Assembly: GCA_973895155.1 (NCBI GenBank)
Contig: OZ316897.1
Coordinates: 15,933,375-15,997,374, forward strand
DNA length: 64,000 nt
Source of the DNA: Marsupella aquatica
Taxonomy: Eukaryota; Plantae; Marchantiophyta
Direction of reading: 5' to 3'
Positions 22,869 through 35,299 of this stretch are shown piece after piece. A program made the translations under genes and the position numbers. Under the pieces are notes generated by a model that was given only the letters and a program-made list of their open reading frames with translations, was not told where the DNA came from and did not search any database. The first letter of the stretch is position 1, and each line of letters opens with the position of its first letter.

Positions 22869-25834
22869 AAACATTGCTGTAATTTCCTCAAATGACCCAT
22901 CTCACTATTAGGGAATGACAAACTTATGCCATAAACAAACTGTTATGAGTTTTGAAACTTTTCAGACATCTGGTTTTTATGGGGCTTGTAAATACATAAA
23001 ATAACCCATACCTCTTTATGTCTTGGCCATAAAATAATTTATATCCTTGGTCATACGTTTATGGCGCTTGACAGGCCCTATTGGATGTCATTAGCAACCA
23101 GAGTAAAGTACCAATACTGAGCATAGTAGGCCAGTAGTACAATACAGTAGCTGTGGCTAGAATTTTACTGACTTTCCTTTTGGATTTCGAAATTCATTCT
23201 CTCACCGTAGATTCCATCTATCGACGGCTTGTAATCTCACATCGATTCGAAATTTCTCCCGCCCCCAGCTTTTGGCGCGGAGGAAAGGGTACAGTGTACT
23301 ACGGCTGTACAAGATGGGGCCCGTGTTCATTATTTTATCCCGTCGTGATGATTTTTCGAAATCCCAAGGTCCGCATCGCAGTTTGGCCCGTCGATTTCTG
23401 ACATCGACGGTTTCAGAAAAAAATAAGCAGTTCCCGGTCCTCGTCCCCAAATGCCAACTGATCCCCAGCCGGTGCTATCTCGACGGGAAAGTGCGTCGTT
23501 GCCGGGAACGCTGCCGTCATCTTTGTCCAAAATCGAGTCACGCGGATTCCGGCTGTTTCCGTCAGGCGAATGAAACTTCAGCACGCTGTCAAACTGTCAT
23601 CATGCCGTGAATCTGTTGGGAACGTTCCGTTCACGTAAGTACAGCCCGGTCTGCATAAGTGCACCTTCTTGTTTACTGCGAGGCCGATTGTTTGTCTCGT
23701 TCTCCCTTCCGGTTTTGCTATTTATCTGCATTTTCTAAAACAGCTTTCAAGTATATTGTCATTCAAATTGTTCAAATTTCCAACTCTGCCCCTATGTTTG
23801 TTATTTACAAATATGTCATATATTTTGTATATGGTTTCCTGGTTCTGTTGATGAACTTGTCCTCCATGCACAAAACCATGGAAAATTTGTAGATACAAAG
23901 AAAATGTGGCACTATTGTCAATTAGAACATTTTAATGACAAAATAGTTAAAATCTATTTTATAATATTCTTCAAGGTTTCTTTAGGACCACAAACAGATA
24001 AATGAAACTATTTGTAAGAGTGCATGTACACTTATAGATAAATGGCATCACACTGCAAGTATTTCCAGTCTGCTGGGAAAGTTCTGTTTGTTAGGAACAG
24101 TCCAGTCTGTGTACATGGATTCTCCTTAAGTGCGAAATCTGGGTTAATGCAAGGCTAGTAGTCCTTCCCTCGTTTTCCCCCTATACCCCTCTGCAGTGAT
24201 TTTCTTTGCAAATGCACCACAAAATGCAGGTTGCAAGTGCAAGTCTCCCATAACTGCGGAAGTACATTTTCTTCTATGAGTGTGAACATTCATTTATCTG
24301 TTACTCCAATATACACATAAGAAGCACTTAATAAGTGGAGACAAATACATAACTTTTTTTTGATGCATTTTAAGGTTGAGTCTTGCAGTACTGGGGGTAG
24401 AGGAGTCTCATGGGTGTGACCTGACTACCCAATCATACTCGAAAGTGCCCAAACTATTTCTCATGCACTTACACCAACACAGTGAATGAATGATATCATC
24501 GCATATATCAAACAGCCAAAGAACAAAAAATGTCAAACCAAGAGACAATAACACACAGGCCAAAGACCAATTAGTTCGTGGACCCCCACCTGTTTTTATT
24601 CGATTAGTGGACTACTACGTTGAGCTTCAGTGATCTGCTAGAGTAGTTGAGGTCGATCAGTCCTTATCGATCTTCTCAATGTCCTTATCGATTCTCTTTG
24701 CTTCTCCTTCTTTCTGCTCAATCTATTTGTTTCTGATTAAGATGTGTTGCGCCTCTTTTCTATCCTCGATCAGTTCTCATTTTTCCTTTCTTCATTCGGC
24801 TTCTGATCTTTTTTTATTTTGTTTCTCCAACATTCCTCTTTACTTTGCACTTCAAGAGGCAAAACTCCTTTCGAGCTTTCCTCTTTTCATTACTTTCATC
24901 AAAAGCCTTCCTCCCTTTCGAAATGTTGATGTGCTTCTTTTGTTCCGACGGTTTTATTTCGGCAGTTACAAAGGAATACGGTTACTGTTTACGTTGAACA
25001 CTATTTACTTTTATAAAAAAACATTTATAAATTTAAGTAAAGAGAATATGGGTGAATGTTTTTAATCTCACCCTTTGTATCAATAGATTTGGATGAACTT
25101 TTATTTACTTTTACATTATGTTTTGACGGCATGGCGTCCATAAAATTACACGAAAAGTGACGTAAACAAGATGGAGAGGAGTTTATTCGTTGCGCAAACA
25201 TGACCATTCTTGTTTGTTGCGGTTGTTGCTGACGTGGCATGCTGTGGTGCCAGGAATTTTGGAAGGAACCTCTAGTGGGGTCCGTAAAAAATGTCAAACC
25301 AAGAGACAATATCCCACAGGCCAAAGACCCAACAAAGGAGGGAAAGAGAAAAAGGAAGACCTCAAGAAAAAAGAGACCCACAAGCCAGAGAGACACTAGC
25401 AACCCAAAAGAACCAAAAGCCCTGTGAATGACATCCTATGCACTTATTGTATAGTTCGTACCGTGGATAAGTGCACTGGGATGTGCATAAGCAGCTTCCT
25501 CAAGATTTATAGCGTTGTGCATAAATGATAGCCTTGCACTTATCACATAGTGGGCATCAATAAGTGCATGCTGTGGAGTGCAGGTTTGGGGCGTCTTGGA
25601 GGGGGGCCTGCACTTAGACACGGTTCACAGTAGTGTGCAGGTATGGGCGTTGGGAGCCTGCACTTAGACACCGTTGACAGTAGCGTGATGTTGGCAGTGC
25701 ACACGGTGAGGAGATTGGCGATGGAAGAAAAGAGGAGGGGAGCGATGGAGCGATGGAAGGACGGAGCTTCCTTTTGGTGGGAACGGGAGGAAGCGTCTCG
25801 AGGAGCAAAAGAGACCTGGACGGTGAAAGGTAGG

Positions 25835-26062
25835 GAGCAGAGCAGAGGACAGCAGAGGAGAGGAGAGGAGAGCAGAGCAGAGCATAGCAGAGCCAGAGAG
25901 AGAGAATGATTCCGATCCAATTACGAAAACGGATACGGAGAACCATCGAGCAAGCGTGCAGAGATCGCGGAACTGACGAGGAGAATTGGTCTCCGGCTAC
26001 GGTAGTAGAGACGACGTGGATTGGAGTGGTGTGGAGTGGAGTGGAGTGGAGTGGAGTGGAGT
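25835..26062. repeat. (GAGCA)n/(GAGAG)n and (GGAGT)n microsatellites upstream of the sorting nexin gene
   Basis: Directly visible pentanucleotide runs in the probable promoter/5'-UTR. Confidence 0.85.
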
Positions 26063-26438
26063 GCGACGGAAGCAAGCAGAACGAGGGCACATGGATGATG
26101 TCGAGGTTGGAAGAGGTGCCGTGGGAGGAAAATTGTGCTTTGGGACTGTTGTCTCAGACGGTGGAGCTCAGGTAGGAAGCAGAGGAACGATTGAAGTAGA
26201 TGATTTATGTGGTAGTTGTTTAGAGAAGATTCCGCGGTAGAGGTTTGAGATTGCATTAATTAGGGATTTGGGAGAACGCGGATTGGAGGTAGGAATTGTG
26301 GCGATACGTCGATGCGGGGAGGGAGGAGATTAGGGTTCAGCGTGGAAGCAGCGGAAGAAGGAGGAGAAGAAGTGGACGAGATCGAGGAGGGAAATTAGGC
26401 AGTTGCAATGCGGTTGAAGCGAGTAGGAGGTGCCGACG

Positions 26439-29400
26439 ATGAAGACGGTACACGATCTCCTCGAAGATGCCAAGAGACGAACGGTTTTGTTGTGTATCTG
26501 GGTGCTGGGACTCTCCTACCTCATGTCGTTGACCAGCCACTCCATCTGGTTGAACGTACCTGTGGCGCTGCTCATCATCGCCATGATTCGGAGCCTGTCC
26601 GGGGAGATTCAAATCCGGTGGAGGACCGGGCATTCTTCATCACCTCCCACGGCAGCCAAATCGAGCACTAGAGTCCCACGCTTCCGTCCTCATCCCGCCA
26701 AGGACACCCGCTCCGCCTCTGGCCACTCGATCTTCGAATTGTGGCGACTGGGAATTGAAGCTCCGGAGGTGGAGGCAGCGCTGGAAGAGATTTCGAGATC
26801 AGCGGTGAATGAATGGGTGACCAGTCTCTGGTTCCGGTCCCTCAGCCCGGATCAGGAGTTTCCGGACGAGCTCGGGAATGTGATCAACAATGTGTTTGCG
26901 GAAATCTCCCGGCGTGTGAAGAGGATCAATCTCATTACTCTCTTGACGCAGGACATTGTGGATCTCGTGTCCAGCCAATTAGAGCTCTTCAGGAGGACGC
27001 AAGCTCGGGTTGGGGCGGACATTTTGGGTATTCTTTCTTCCGAGGAGAGGGACGAAAATTTGAAGCAAGCCATGGCGGCTGCCGGAGAGCTGCATCCGGC
27101 TCTGGTGTCCGCTGAGTCGGAATACAGCGTTCTGCACAAGCTTATGGGAGGGCTGGTGGCTATCGTGCTAAAGCCCGAGGATGGGAATTGCAGAGTGGCG
27201 AGAACTCTCTGCAGGGAATTATTAGCCTGCGCCGTCATGCGGCCCGTCATGAACCTCCTTAACCCAGGCTTGATAAATACCCTTATCGAGAATGCCGTTG
27301 CTCGTAATACACCCGTCCCTCCAGCAGAAGTCTCCAATGCAGCACCGGCTAAACGCACCCCTGATAGACCCACCACATCTAGGGATACCTCCGAGAGAGG
27401 AAATCAGGGTCTGGAGATGGTTGCACATTCACAATCAAAGGCAGGTCAGGAGGATTATAGCGCCCGAGGGGGCTTGAAATCTACTACCAGTGAGGGGTCT
27501 CTGATGAGGATGGGAGCATCAGGAGATTTGTCTGGAAAAGTGGGGGGCAAAGGAGATGTTGCGGTGGAAGGTCAGAACATAGACGGGGCCAGTGGGGACA
27601 GAGTGCCGAGAAAATTGGAGGGACGGGGTCAATCCGGGAACTATGGACATCAGGGTGCAAGAGATTCAAAGGAGAATTGGGCTCAGCTGCTGGAAGTGGT
27701 GAACCAGAGGAAGACTCTAGCTCTTGCTCCTGAGCATTTAGACAATCTCTGGGCGAAGGGACGCAACTATAAGAAAAAGGTGCATGGTAAACCGAGCTCT
27801 AAACCTACTGAGAACACTCCATTAGTGAAGGAACCATCAATCTCTCATCCCCTGGCTCTCGATTCATCGATTCCCCCTCCCAAACCTAAGCCCGATGTGA
27901 ATCCTAGAAAGCTTGCTGAGTTAGTGGAGCTGCGGCCTGTATCTTCTGAGAGCTCTGGTGACTCGAACGCGCTGCAGTTGGAAGAGAGTTTGGCACAAGA
28001 AATATTGAATGCAGGGAAACTCTTGGAAATGGACAAGGAAATGGAAAAGGAAAAAGAAAAAGAAAAGGAATCTGCCACACCTCGTCCGATTAGAAAATCC
28101 AGAAGCATTGGGGCAGAATTGGATGGATGGCAGGCCTTAGCACATCCGGGGGAAGGGATTCCTAGCCTTTTGCAGGCTGGTGATGGAGTGGGGTTAGGAC
28201 CAGGGTTTGAGCTAGACCTTGCTCTCAGGAAAAAACAGAAAGGTAAGCAGTCTCAACTGGAAGGGATGGACAGCGCATACATTTCCACCATGTTGAGGTG
28301 TAATCAACTCCAAGTTGATGTGGTCGGTGCACACTTTGAAAAAAGTGGGAGTTCTAAAACTTTCGCGGTGTATTCCATCTTCGTGACTGATCTCCAGAAC
28401 CGGACTTGGGAAGTTCAAAGGCGATTTCGAAATTTTGAACAGCTTCACAGAAGTCTCAAGGACAAGCCTTATTACAACCTTTGTCTACCAGCAAAGCGTT
28501 TTTTGTCCTCCAATCTGGACAATTCTTTCATCCGTCAGCGTTGTGCACTTCTTGATAAATACCTGAAAGACCTCCTAGCAATCCCCAGCATAGCTGAGCT
28601 TCACGAAGTATGGGACTTTCTCAGTGCCAACTCCCAGACCTATGCCTTCGGTGAATCGCCGTCCATGTTCAAGACCTTGACTTCAAATGTTGATGATGCC
28701 GTGGACGATATGTTCCGCCAATTTCGTGGGGCGACTGAAGTGAAGCCAGCTCTGGTTGTTCCTGGACGTGATGTGAGAAAACCGCCTATGGTAGGAAGTA
28801 GCATTTCCCCCACTACAAGTCACCTTCCAATCCTCACTACCCCATTGATTCCCAACCGGTCCGGACTTGACAGAAGGTTACCCTCTCAGAACATCTGGGA
28901 GGAGGAAGGTGAATCAACTGACGGACTTCAACAATCTCTAGCGTCCGGATGGCTCCCGGAGTACGACGTGCAGCATCCAGCTCCGTTGAGCAGTAGCCCG
29001 TTCGGCTCAGAACCAGGAATGCTAGATGCACAGAGGGATGCTCAGAACTTCGAAGGGAAGCATGAAGGAGCGTTGTCAGAAGGGAACTCACCTGTGGGAT
29101 CTCTCACTGGATCGGATATGGCAGAAGATGATAACCTCGCAATACCTCCAGATTGGGGTCCACCTAAAGTCAGTGTTCCTCTGCTCAATCTTGTGGATGT
29201 CATTTTCGAGCTGCAGGGCCGTGGCTGGATTCGAAGGCAAGTATTTTGGATAGCAAAACAAGTACTTCAACTTGGAATGGGCGATGCTATCGATGATTTT
29301 TTACTTGGCAAGATCCAGGAGCTTCGAAGAGAAGAAGTTTTAGCGGGTGGGATTCGATGGCTTCATAGAATTTTGTGGCCCGACGGAGTATTTCTGACAA

Positions 29401-29687
29401 AGCATCCCTCTCGCCAAGCTAACAACAGTGCACCAGGATCTTTTGAGCAGCGGCTGGAAGCTGCCCGCCGTGCTGGAGTTGTCCGGGAGATCATCTTAGA
29501 TCGTGCACCCGCAGCTCTTGTAAGTATGATTGGACGGAAGCAGTACCAGCGTTGTGCCAAGGATCTATTTTTCTTCCTCCAATCAGCTGTATGCCTTAAG
29601 CAGCTCACCTACAGCCTACTTGAACTGCTATTGCTGTCAGCATTTCCAGAGCTCCAAGACACTGTGCTAGAGGTTCGGAGTATGTAG
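26439..29687 (+). CDS. PXA-PX-Nexin_C domain sorting nexin (plant homolog of the SNX13/14/19/25 / yeast Mdm1 group); CDS intronless
   Basis: Start MKTVHDLLEDAKRR at ATG 26439. N-terminal TM segments; PXA (EWVTSLWFRSLSPDQEFP..RELLACAVMRPVMNL); PX (FAVYSI..WEVQRRFRNFEQLHRSLK..LPAKRF..QRCALLDKYL..WDFLS); Nexin_C (LLNLVDVIFELQGRGWIRRQ..LWPDG..FFFLQS..FPEL). Confidence 0.95.
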   Translation: MKTVHDLLEDAKRRTVLLCIWVLGLSYLMSLTSHSIWLNVPVALLIIAMIRSLSGEIQIRWRTGHSSSPPTAAKSSTRVPRFRPHPAKDTRSASGHSIFELWRLGIEAPEVEAALEEISRSAVNEWVTSLWFRSLSPDQEFPDELGNVINNVFAEISRRVKRINLITLLTQDIVDLVSSQLELFRRTQARVGADILGILSSEERDENLKQAMAAAGELHPALVSAESEYSVLHKLMGGLVAIVLKPEDGNCRVARTLCRELLACAVMRPVMNLLNPGLINTLIENAVARNTPVPPAEVSNAAPAKRTPDRPTTSRDTSERGNQGLEMVAHSQSKAGQEDYSARGGLKSTTSEGSLMRMGASGDLSGKVGGKGDVAVEGQNIDGASGDRVPRKLEGRGQSGNYGHQGARDSKENWAQLLEVVNQRKTLALAPEHLDNLWAKGRNYKKKVHGKPSSKPTENTPLVKEPSISHPLALDSSIPPPKPKPDVNPRKLAELVELRPVSSESSGDSNALQLEESLAQEILNAGKLLEMDKEMEKEKEKEKESATPRPIRKSRSIGAELDGWQALAHPGEGIPSLLQAGDGVGLGPGFELDLALRKKQKGKQSQLEGMDSAYISTMLRCNQLQVDVVGAHFEKSGSSKTFAVYSIFVTDLQNRTWEVQRRFRNFEQLHRSLKDKPYYNLCLPAKRFLSSNLDNSFIRQRCALLDKYLKDLLAIPSIAELHEVWDFLSANSQTYAFGESPSMFKTLTSNVDDAVDDMFRQFRGATEVKPALVVPGRDVRKPPMVGSSISPTTSHLPILTTPLIPNRSGLDRRLPSQNIWEEEGESTDGLQQSLASGWLPEYDVQHPAPLSSSPFGSEPGMLDAQRDAQNFEGKHEGALSEGNSPVGSLTGSDMAEDDNLAIPPDWGPPKVSVPLLNLVDVIFELQGRGWIRRQVFWIAKQVLQLGMGDAIDDFLLGKIQELRREEVLAGGIRWLHRILWPDGVFLTKHPSRQANNSAPGSFEQRLEAARRAGVVREIILDRAPAALVSMIGRKQYQRCAKDLFFFLQSAVCLKQLTYSLLELLLLSAFPELQDTVLEVRSM

Positions 29688-29720
29688 ATTATCCCTTGCA
29701 AAACTCCACACTCATCTATG

Positions 29721-29962
29721 GTGAGTATAGAAGTCTCAGATAAAATGCATATGCATACAGATTGTTTAGGCAGGGTGGCTGCCGTAGAAAACTCCCTGCG
29801 GGTTGTGAAAGTATGTGATTAGTTGGGTAACATTTCCTCCGCTCGAAATAGGTGCTAATGCGCGATGCCGTCAGGTAGCTGTAGGATATTTGACGAGAAT
29901 ATTTGATATTCTCGTAGACTGGTCGCTACTTTGGCCTGTTGTTATCTGACTCATTCCTACAG
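29721..29962 (+). other. Putative 242-bp 3'-UTR intron of the sorting nexin gene
   Basis: Donor G|GTGAGT at 29721, 33 nt after the stop codon; branch-like CTGAC at 29946; acceptor TTCCTACAG| ending 29962. Confidence 0.55.
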
Positions 29963-30639
29963 TGCAGAGTCTATCTTAGATGAGCCTTGAATGTGACGGT
30001 CCAATGCAGAAACGGTGGTTACTCTCGAAACTGTGTTCCATCCGTACTGACGGGTTCCTTCCTTGAGAAAGGCTGTTGACTTGGTTCGGTCAACGAAGTT
30101 ACGAGAATTTATTAACATCAAACCGTGCACACATTCCAGAGTCTAGTGATGGCAGACAGCGCTACTCTCATATGAAGAAAGGCTTCCTTCCTAGTGCTGG
30201 CAAACTCCAAAAGCACACGAGGTATTCACTCTCGCTTCACTGTATAGTGTCTTGACTCTTTTCTGCTAACTGCCCAGTGAATTGCTTGCCTAGATCCTCA
30301 ACTTCTTCTCAGCTGATTTCGTCGTGTATCCGAATGAGTGTATGATAGAACGGACTGAGTTTGGCTATCTAAGTCAACCCAAGTCATTCTCTGGGGATAA
30401 TGAGGTTGTGCGTCGGTAATATATTTTGGGGAAGGTTCTGGATTAACAGTTATTGACTGTATGTAGAACTTGGATTCCGCAGGCTTACATTTTGTTCTTT
30501 GAAATGATTACAGATGGTGGATCGTATAGTTGCCCCTTCCCGTACTCGGGGACTCCTCTGGTTTCAGACTCCAAGCGAAGACCAAAGCACTGTTACCCCT
30601 AACACATGGGTAGCCGGGAAAGTTTAAGGTCTTTTTGTG

Positions 30640-31030
30640 GATGGAGCTGATAAAATTCATTAGGAAAATTTGTGGCTCTTGACTCGCTCAGGTTATATTT
30701 CTGAAATAGTTGCAAACAGGTTTGCATGCATCCGACTTCTTCCTTTAGAATGTAAGGAGTCAACATGGCTGACTCCGATTGTTAAAGTATTAATTCATCC
30801 TTCCCTTGAATGTACAATCGGTGGTCATGATCAAGTTACTCCAACTGACTGACCTATGACTACCTTGCGCTTCTGGGTTTTGCCTCGAAGATAGATCTCT
30901 TACACGGGCTTCGTTTCTGTAGATTACGTCTCCATTTGCTCGATCACGGGTGGCTGTTTGAGACAGACTAGGACTCGGGTAAAGCTTTTCTCAAGTGGAA
31001 CGAGACACTTCAACACTCGATGTTTGTGCA
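30640..31030 (+). pseudogene. Decayed BTB/POZ gene
   Basis: One frame: KIH*ENLWLLTRSGYISEI..ECKES..QVTPTD*PMTTLRFWV..*ISYTGFVSVD (compare LAARSPYF, MKES, FxYTG). Confidence 0.55.
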
Positions 31031-32791
31031 CATAATCCAAACAGAATATTGTTAGAAATGCCTGTTCTATGGGTACATACTGGTGTCATTGCTAGGAAAT
31101 CAAGACTATGGTGGTATTGACATATATGCACTTGAGAAGTTCAGAATTTTGTTTTGGCCAAAATCGATTTGCAGAATTGATGGAGCCAATTAGTTGTGAT
31201 TCACGTACAGAAGGGACGCTAAACCCTAAACTCCAAACACATTGCAAATCCACTTCTGAGTTATGGAAACGGTCCCATTAGAGTGGACTGGAAGTACAAG
31301 ACCAAGAACTCTGCAGCTCTGCTTCCCATAAACTTAGTCCAAGACTACTTACTATTCCAAGGACGTTTTGATAGGGGATACCAACTCAGCAAACCACAGA
31401 ACTAAATACATCCAACAACATTGTTTAGACCAAGACCACTTAAAATTCCAAGGAGGTTTGATAGGATACCACTTTAATAGGATTAGGATTATCCAAGGAG
31501 GTTTGATCGGATATCCCACAAATTTTACTGGACTCGTTGGCCATCAGCCCTCTCACTCTGCTGTGACTAAAGGATTTAACACGTAAGTGTTGCCATGAAA
31601 ACCTTGAGGGACCATTATCTGCAACCAGCTTTATGAGCGGAAAATTCTGCCAAATTCCACCTCAAGCAGAAATGTTTGTTGCTTTTGGGTACTATAAGCC
31701 AGATTTGGTGAATCCCATTAGCTACTTTCCCACCAACTGGTTTGGGGTTCAATCATCATTGCTATTTAGGCACAAATCAGGAGTGACTTGAGTGTCTCTT
31801 GTGTCTCAGTGAACTACTTAGGATTAATCTGACTGGTTCTCTGCAAAACCTTAGGGTTACTTGTTTTGGGGGTTTAGTAAGAGTGAGCATCTTTTGTTTT
31901 TCACCCCATGCTTTCAAGTATAACGTATTTCATTTACAACTCTATAATTGTATACCTACTCTCAACAGTTGCTGGCTGCCTTGAGTTCAGGTCTCGTACC
32001 CACCAGTAATTTCTTAGTGGCAAATATTCACCAAATTCCACCAGAGGGAAAAGTCTAGCGACTTCACCAGGCTTTTTTTTCTTCAATTAGACAGGTTCTC
32101 ACCTTGCCATAGACCCAATTAACCAGAATCTGACAGTTATCCTTAACTGGAGGGAGATGTAATAGATAATTTGCCAGCTTGACAAACAAGAACTTGGGTT
32201 TACTGGATCATGATCACATTCGTTGTCAAATAGCACAACTTCTGTTTTAGATTAATTATTAAAATGCCACACTTGTTTGTCATGCCTTAATCCTGGTTAG
32301 CCACAAAGACTTAATGGCCCTGACATTGTCACATCACATAATCTGATGGTTTCCACTGCCCTCTTTGGATTCACACACCCGCACTACTGGTCCACTAGGG
32401 CAGGATCCGCCCTCTGTCAAGTAACTTCCTTCCTATGCACATCTCTACCGTAACTGTGATCCTTACCTAATCAGTGCAATTTTAACTCTACTTAAAATTG
32501 ACATGCATTTATCAAGATACTGTGCCCTTACCCATAAGTATTCATAGAGCATAGAGAGGGTTTGCACTTATTTACTTGTGGTGCAGTATGTACAGCCCTC
32601 TTTGCACTTAAAAATCTGCAAAAAAAAGTGCAAAATGGTCGGGACGAAATTGGTCTAGAGTAGGACACCTTGCAACTAGCCAGAGTTTGTGTTTACAGGT
32701 CTGAGTGTACACTTAGCTAACTACAGTATATTGTTGAACAGAAAGCAAGCAATGGAAAGAGCTTCTCAATATGGAAAAGACATCACTTGAA

Positions 32792-33099
32792 CCAGCTGGC
32801 TTTGGTCAGTTGGCAAGGGGATGAGTCTAGGACTGAGAGGTCCCAGGTTCAATGCCCCCTACACACGCAAGGGGTGAGGTGTGTATGTGTAGGTGGAGGT
32901 GTAGAGGTGGGAGTCTTGCTGTCTCCTCAGCTCCCAGCTGGCCCACTTTGAGGCCCTGGTTTAACCCTCTCTCCCTCCTGGTCTGGATCCCTGTGTGTCG
33001 GATCATACCCCCTTGTGGGCTACCCTTCAGTGGTGCATAGTTACTCCAAAGTAGAACCATAATCTGTTAAATGGGTCTACTTTTGGCTTCCAAGGCAAA
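32792..33099 (+). mobile_element. tRNA-derived SINE with an 18-bp TSD and an alternative 3' tail
   Basis: TGGTCAGTTGG A-box and ACTGAGAGGTCCCAGGTTCAAT shared with the 4441 copy. TSD GAAAA(G/C)ACATCACTTGAA at 32774-32791 and 33100-33117 (1 mismatch). Confidence 0.85.
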
Positions 33100-35299
33100 G
33101 AAAACACATCACTTGAAATGCGTTTTGCAGACCTACCTTGCGGTCAAATGTGTATCGGAGGACCACTAGAGAAGTGAGACTGATGTGAATGGGAGGACCA
33201 CTGGAGAAGTAAGCTTAGGGGTGGAGGTCCAGATTGGTGGGTCCCCTGGCCCTCGGAACAAATGAGGCAAGGCACATGACAGGAGTCACAAGTTTATTTT
33301 TTGACCATTTTAGAGCCGGTAGAAAGACAGAACTCATTTGCCGGACTCCATTGTCAGATGCAAGGTACCGGTAATGGGGCAGAAATTGAATTGAAATGAG
33401 TCATGACAAGTTTGAAGTCCACCAAACCCAAAAAGGAGGCAAGGAACAAGACATGTGTGGCAGGCAAGAGACTGAGGTTGCTTAATGTAAGAGGAATATA
33501 ACCATTGAGAGAGGAGGCACACAATATTGATGTATGACTGGTCTAGAGATGTTTTTGCCCTGTGTTTATCAGAGAGGGAGGAAACGAAGAATAGAATAGA
33601 AGTGAATGTTGAGAGGGACTAGGGAGGATGGATGACCTTACATGAATGCACATCACTGAGAGGAACAAAGAATCTTTAGTCACATTGGCCCTGTTAAAGA
33701 TAAAGAATTCACATACGAGAAAAGGCACAAAATGCTTGAGACATAATCCTACTAATCAATAACAGAAGTTGATGCATTGGCAAGGATGAGTACCAGGAAA
33801 TGAACAGAGGGGATTTGAGACTCCAGGTGACCCTGAACGACCTTATTCACCGGCCTCTAAATTACTTGAAGGACAGTAACAGAGTAAGGAAAAATCAGAC
33901 TGTTTGCCTTGCCCCCAGTAGAGTTCAAAGTCCAATCAGATTTTTCTTCTTTGTTGATTTAATAGACAAGATAGCACTTTGACATAATCTGTGTGGTTCA
34001 GCAGAGTGGGAAGTATTGGACCACCATGGCTTTATTTACAAGCATCCTTTCCTCCCCAGCCACTGCTACCAAAATTCAGAAGCTGATTTTCTCAGAAAAA
34101 GCAGTGCGCCCAGGGGCCTCACTCTAAAGGGGGTCTCATATCACGTTCAACGTTTTCATCTATTAAACACCCTACAAAATAAGAAAAATAGTTTTTGAAC
34201 TATTTTTCTACCTCTAATTTTTTGGAATATTCTAAAAATATTCTCAACGTTCATTTTTAAAACCCTATCTTTTCTTACAAATATCAAAATTGGATTTTAA
34301 AAACCCTAATGTTCTTCTACAAAAAGTTAAAACTATTCCCAATAAACAAAACCTATACTCATTTTTGGGTGATGGGTAGAAAGAAAATAAATAAGTACCC
34401 CACAGTGGATTAAAGAAGCACTGACACGATAAAAGATGGCAATGCTTCCGCCTCAAAAAGAAATGTATGTGTCCAGTTACCCTCCTTCTAAGTTCTCTCT
34501 TGACCTCCGTTTGTAGGTTTCTGGGAGCAGAAATTGAAGACTCGTAAAGTGGTGACCGTAAGCTTAAGTTTGAAAGACTTATAAGAGACCAGAGCTATTA
34601 AAGAAAGTTGACAAATATTTGGAGAAGATTTAGTATTTGTAAATACTATCAAATTATTATTTCTTCCTGAATAAGTTCAAGTTTTCTGTTCAAACCAGAC
34701 AACCGACAAAAAAGAGAAGATAAAAACACCAGCACAAAAATCGTGCACAAGAAAAACAAGCCTTGGAGTTAAGACAGCTATTAAATGAACGAAGGATGTT
34801 TAGAACCATGACAGCGGAATACCATGAGTGAGATATGGTCATACGCTAATCTTCTGGCTCTGGAGATTACCTAACCAAAGGAGATGCCCTTCAACGCAAG
34901 GCCCCAAAAGAATTTTGAACCAATCATCATGTGGACCAGTGTATTTTTTAAGGTTTTTTATTTTTATTTTTAGCCATTGTGGCTAATGTTTGCTTCTCTA
35001 AGGGAGGAGATTTTAGAAATATTCTCTATCAGATTTTACTGAATTAAATTGTGACCATCAGATATCCCTAGATTTAAGGAGGATAGTTAGATTCTGGCTA
35101 ATGGGGTCCCTGATTTGGTGGAAAAGTGGCTAATGGTGTCAGAAAAATGTAGCAAATATTAGCCAAAAATGGCGAAAGTTTTTTGGGGAGGTGGAATTTG
35201 GCTAAAATTTGGAGTTAAAAAATAAGCTGATGTGGACAAACAAAAACTCAATTGCCAGCTAGTGATTTCTAAATTGAAGACTTGAATGCCTATAAATTC

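Noticed and set aside
22903-25635. Single CACTA element (CACTA at 22903, TAGTG at 25635)
   Set aside because: Ends do not match beyond CACTA, there is no 3-bp TSD (TCT vs TGC), and subterminal motifs differ; at most two unrelated remnants.
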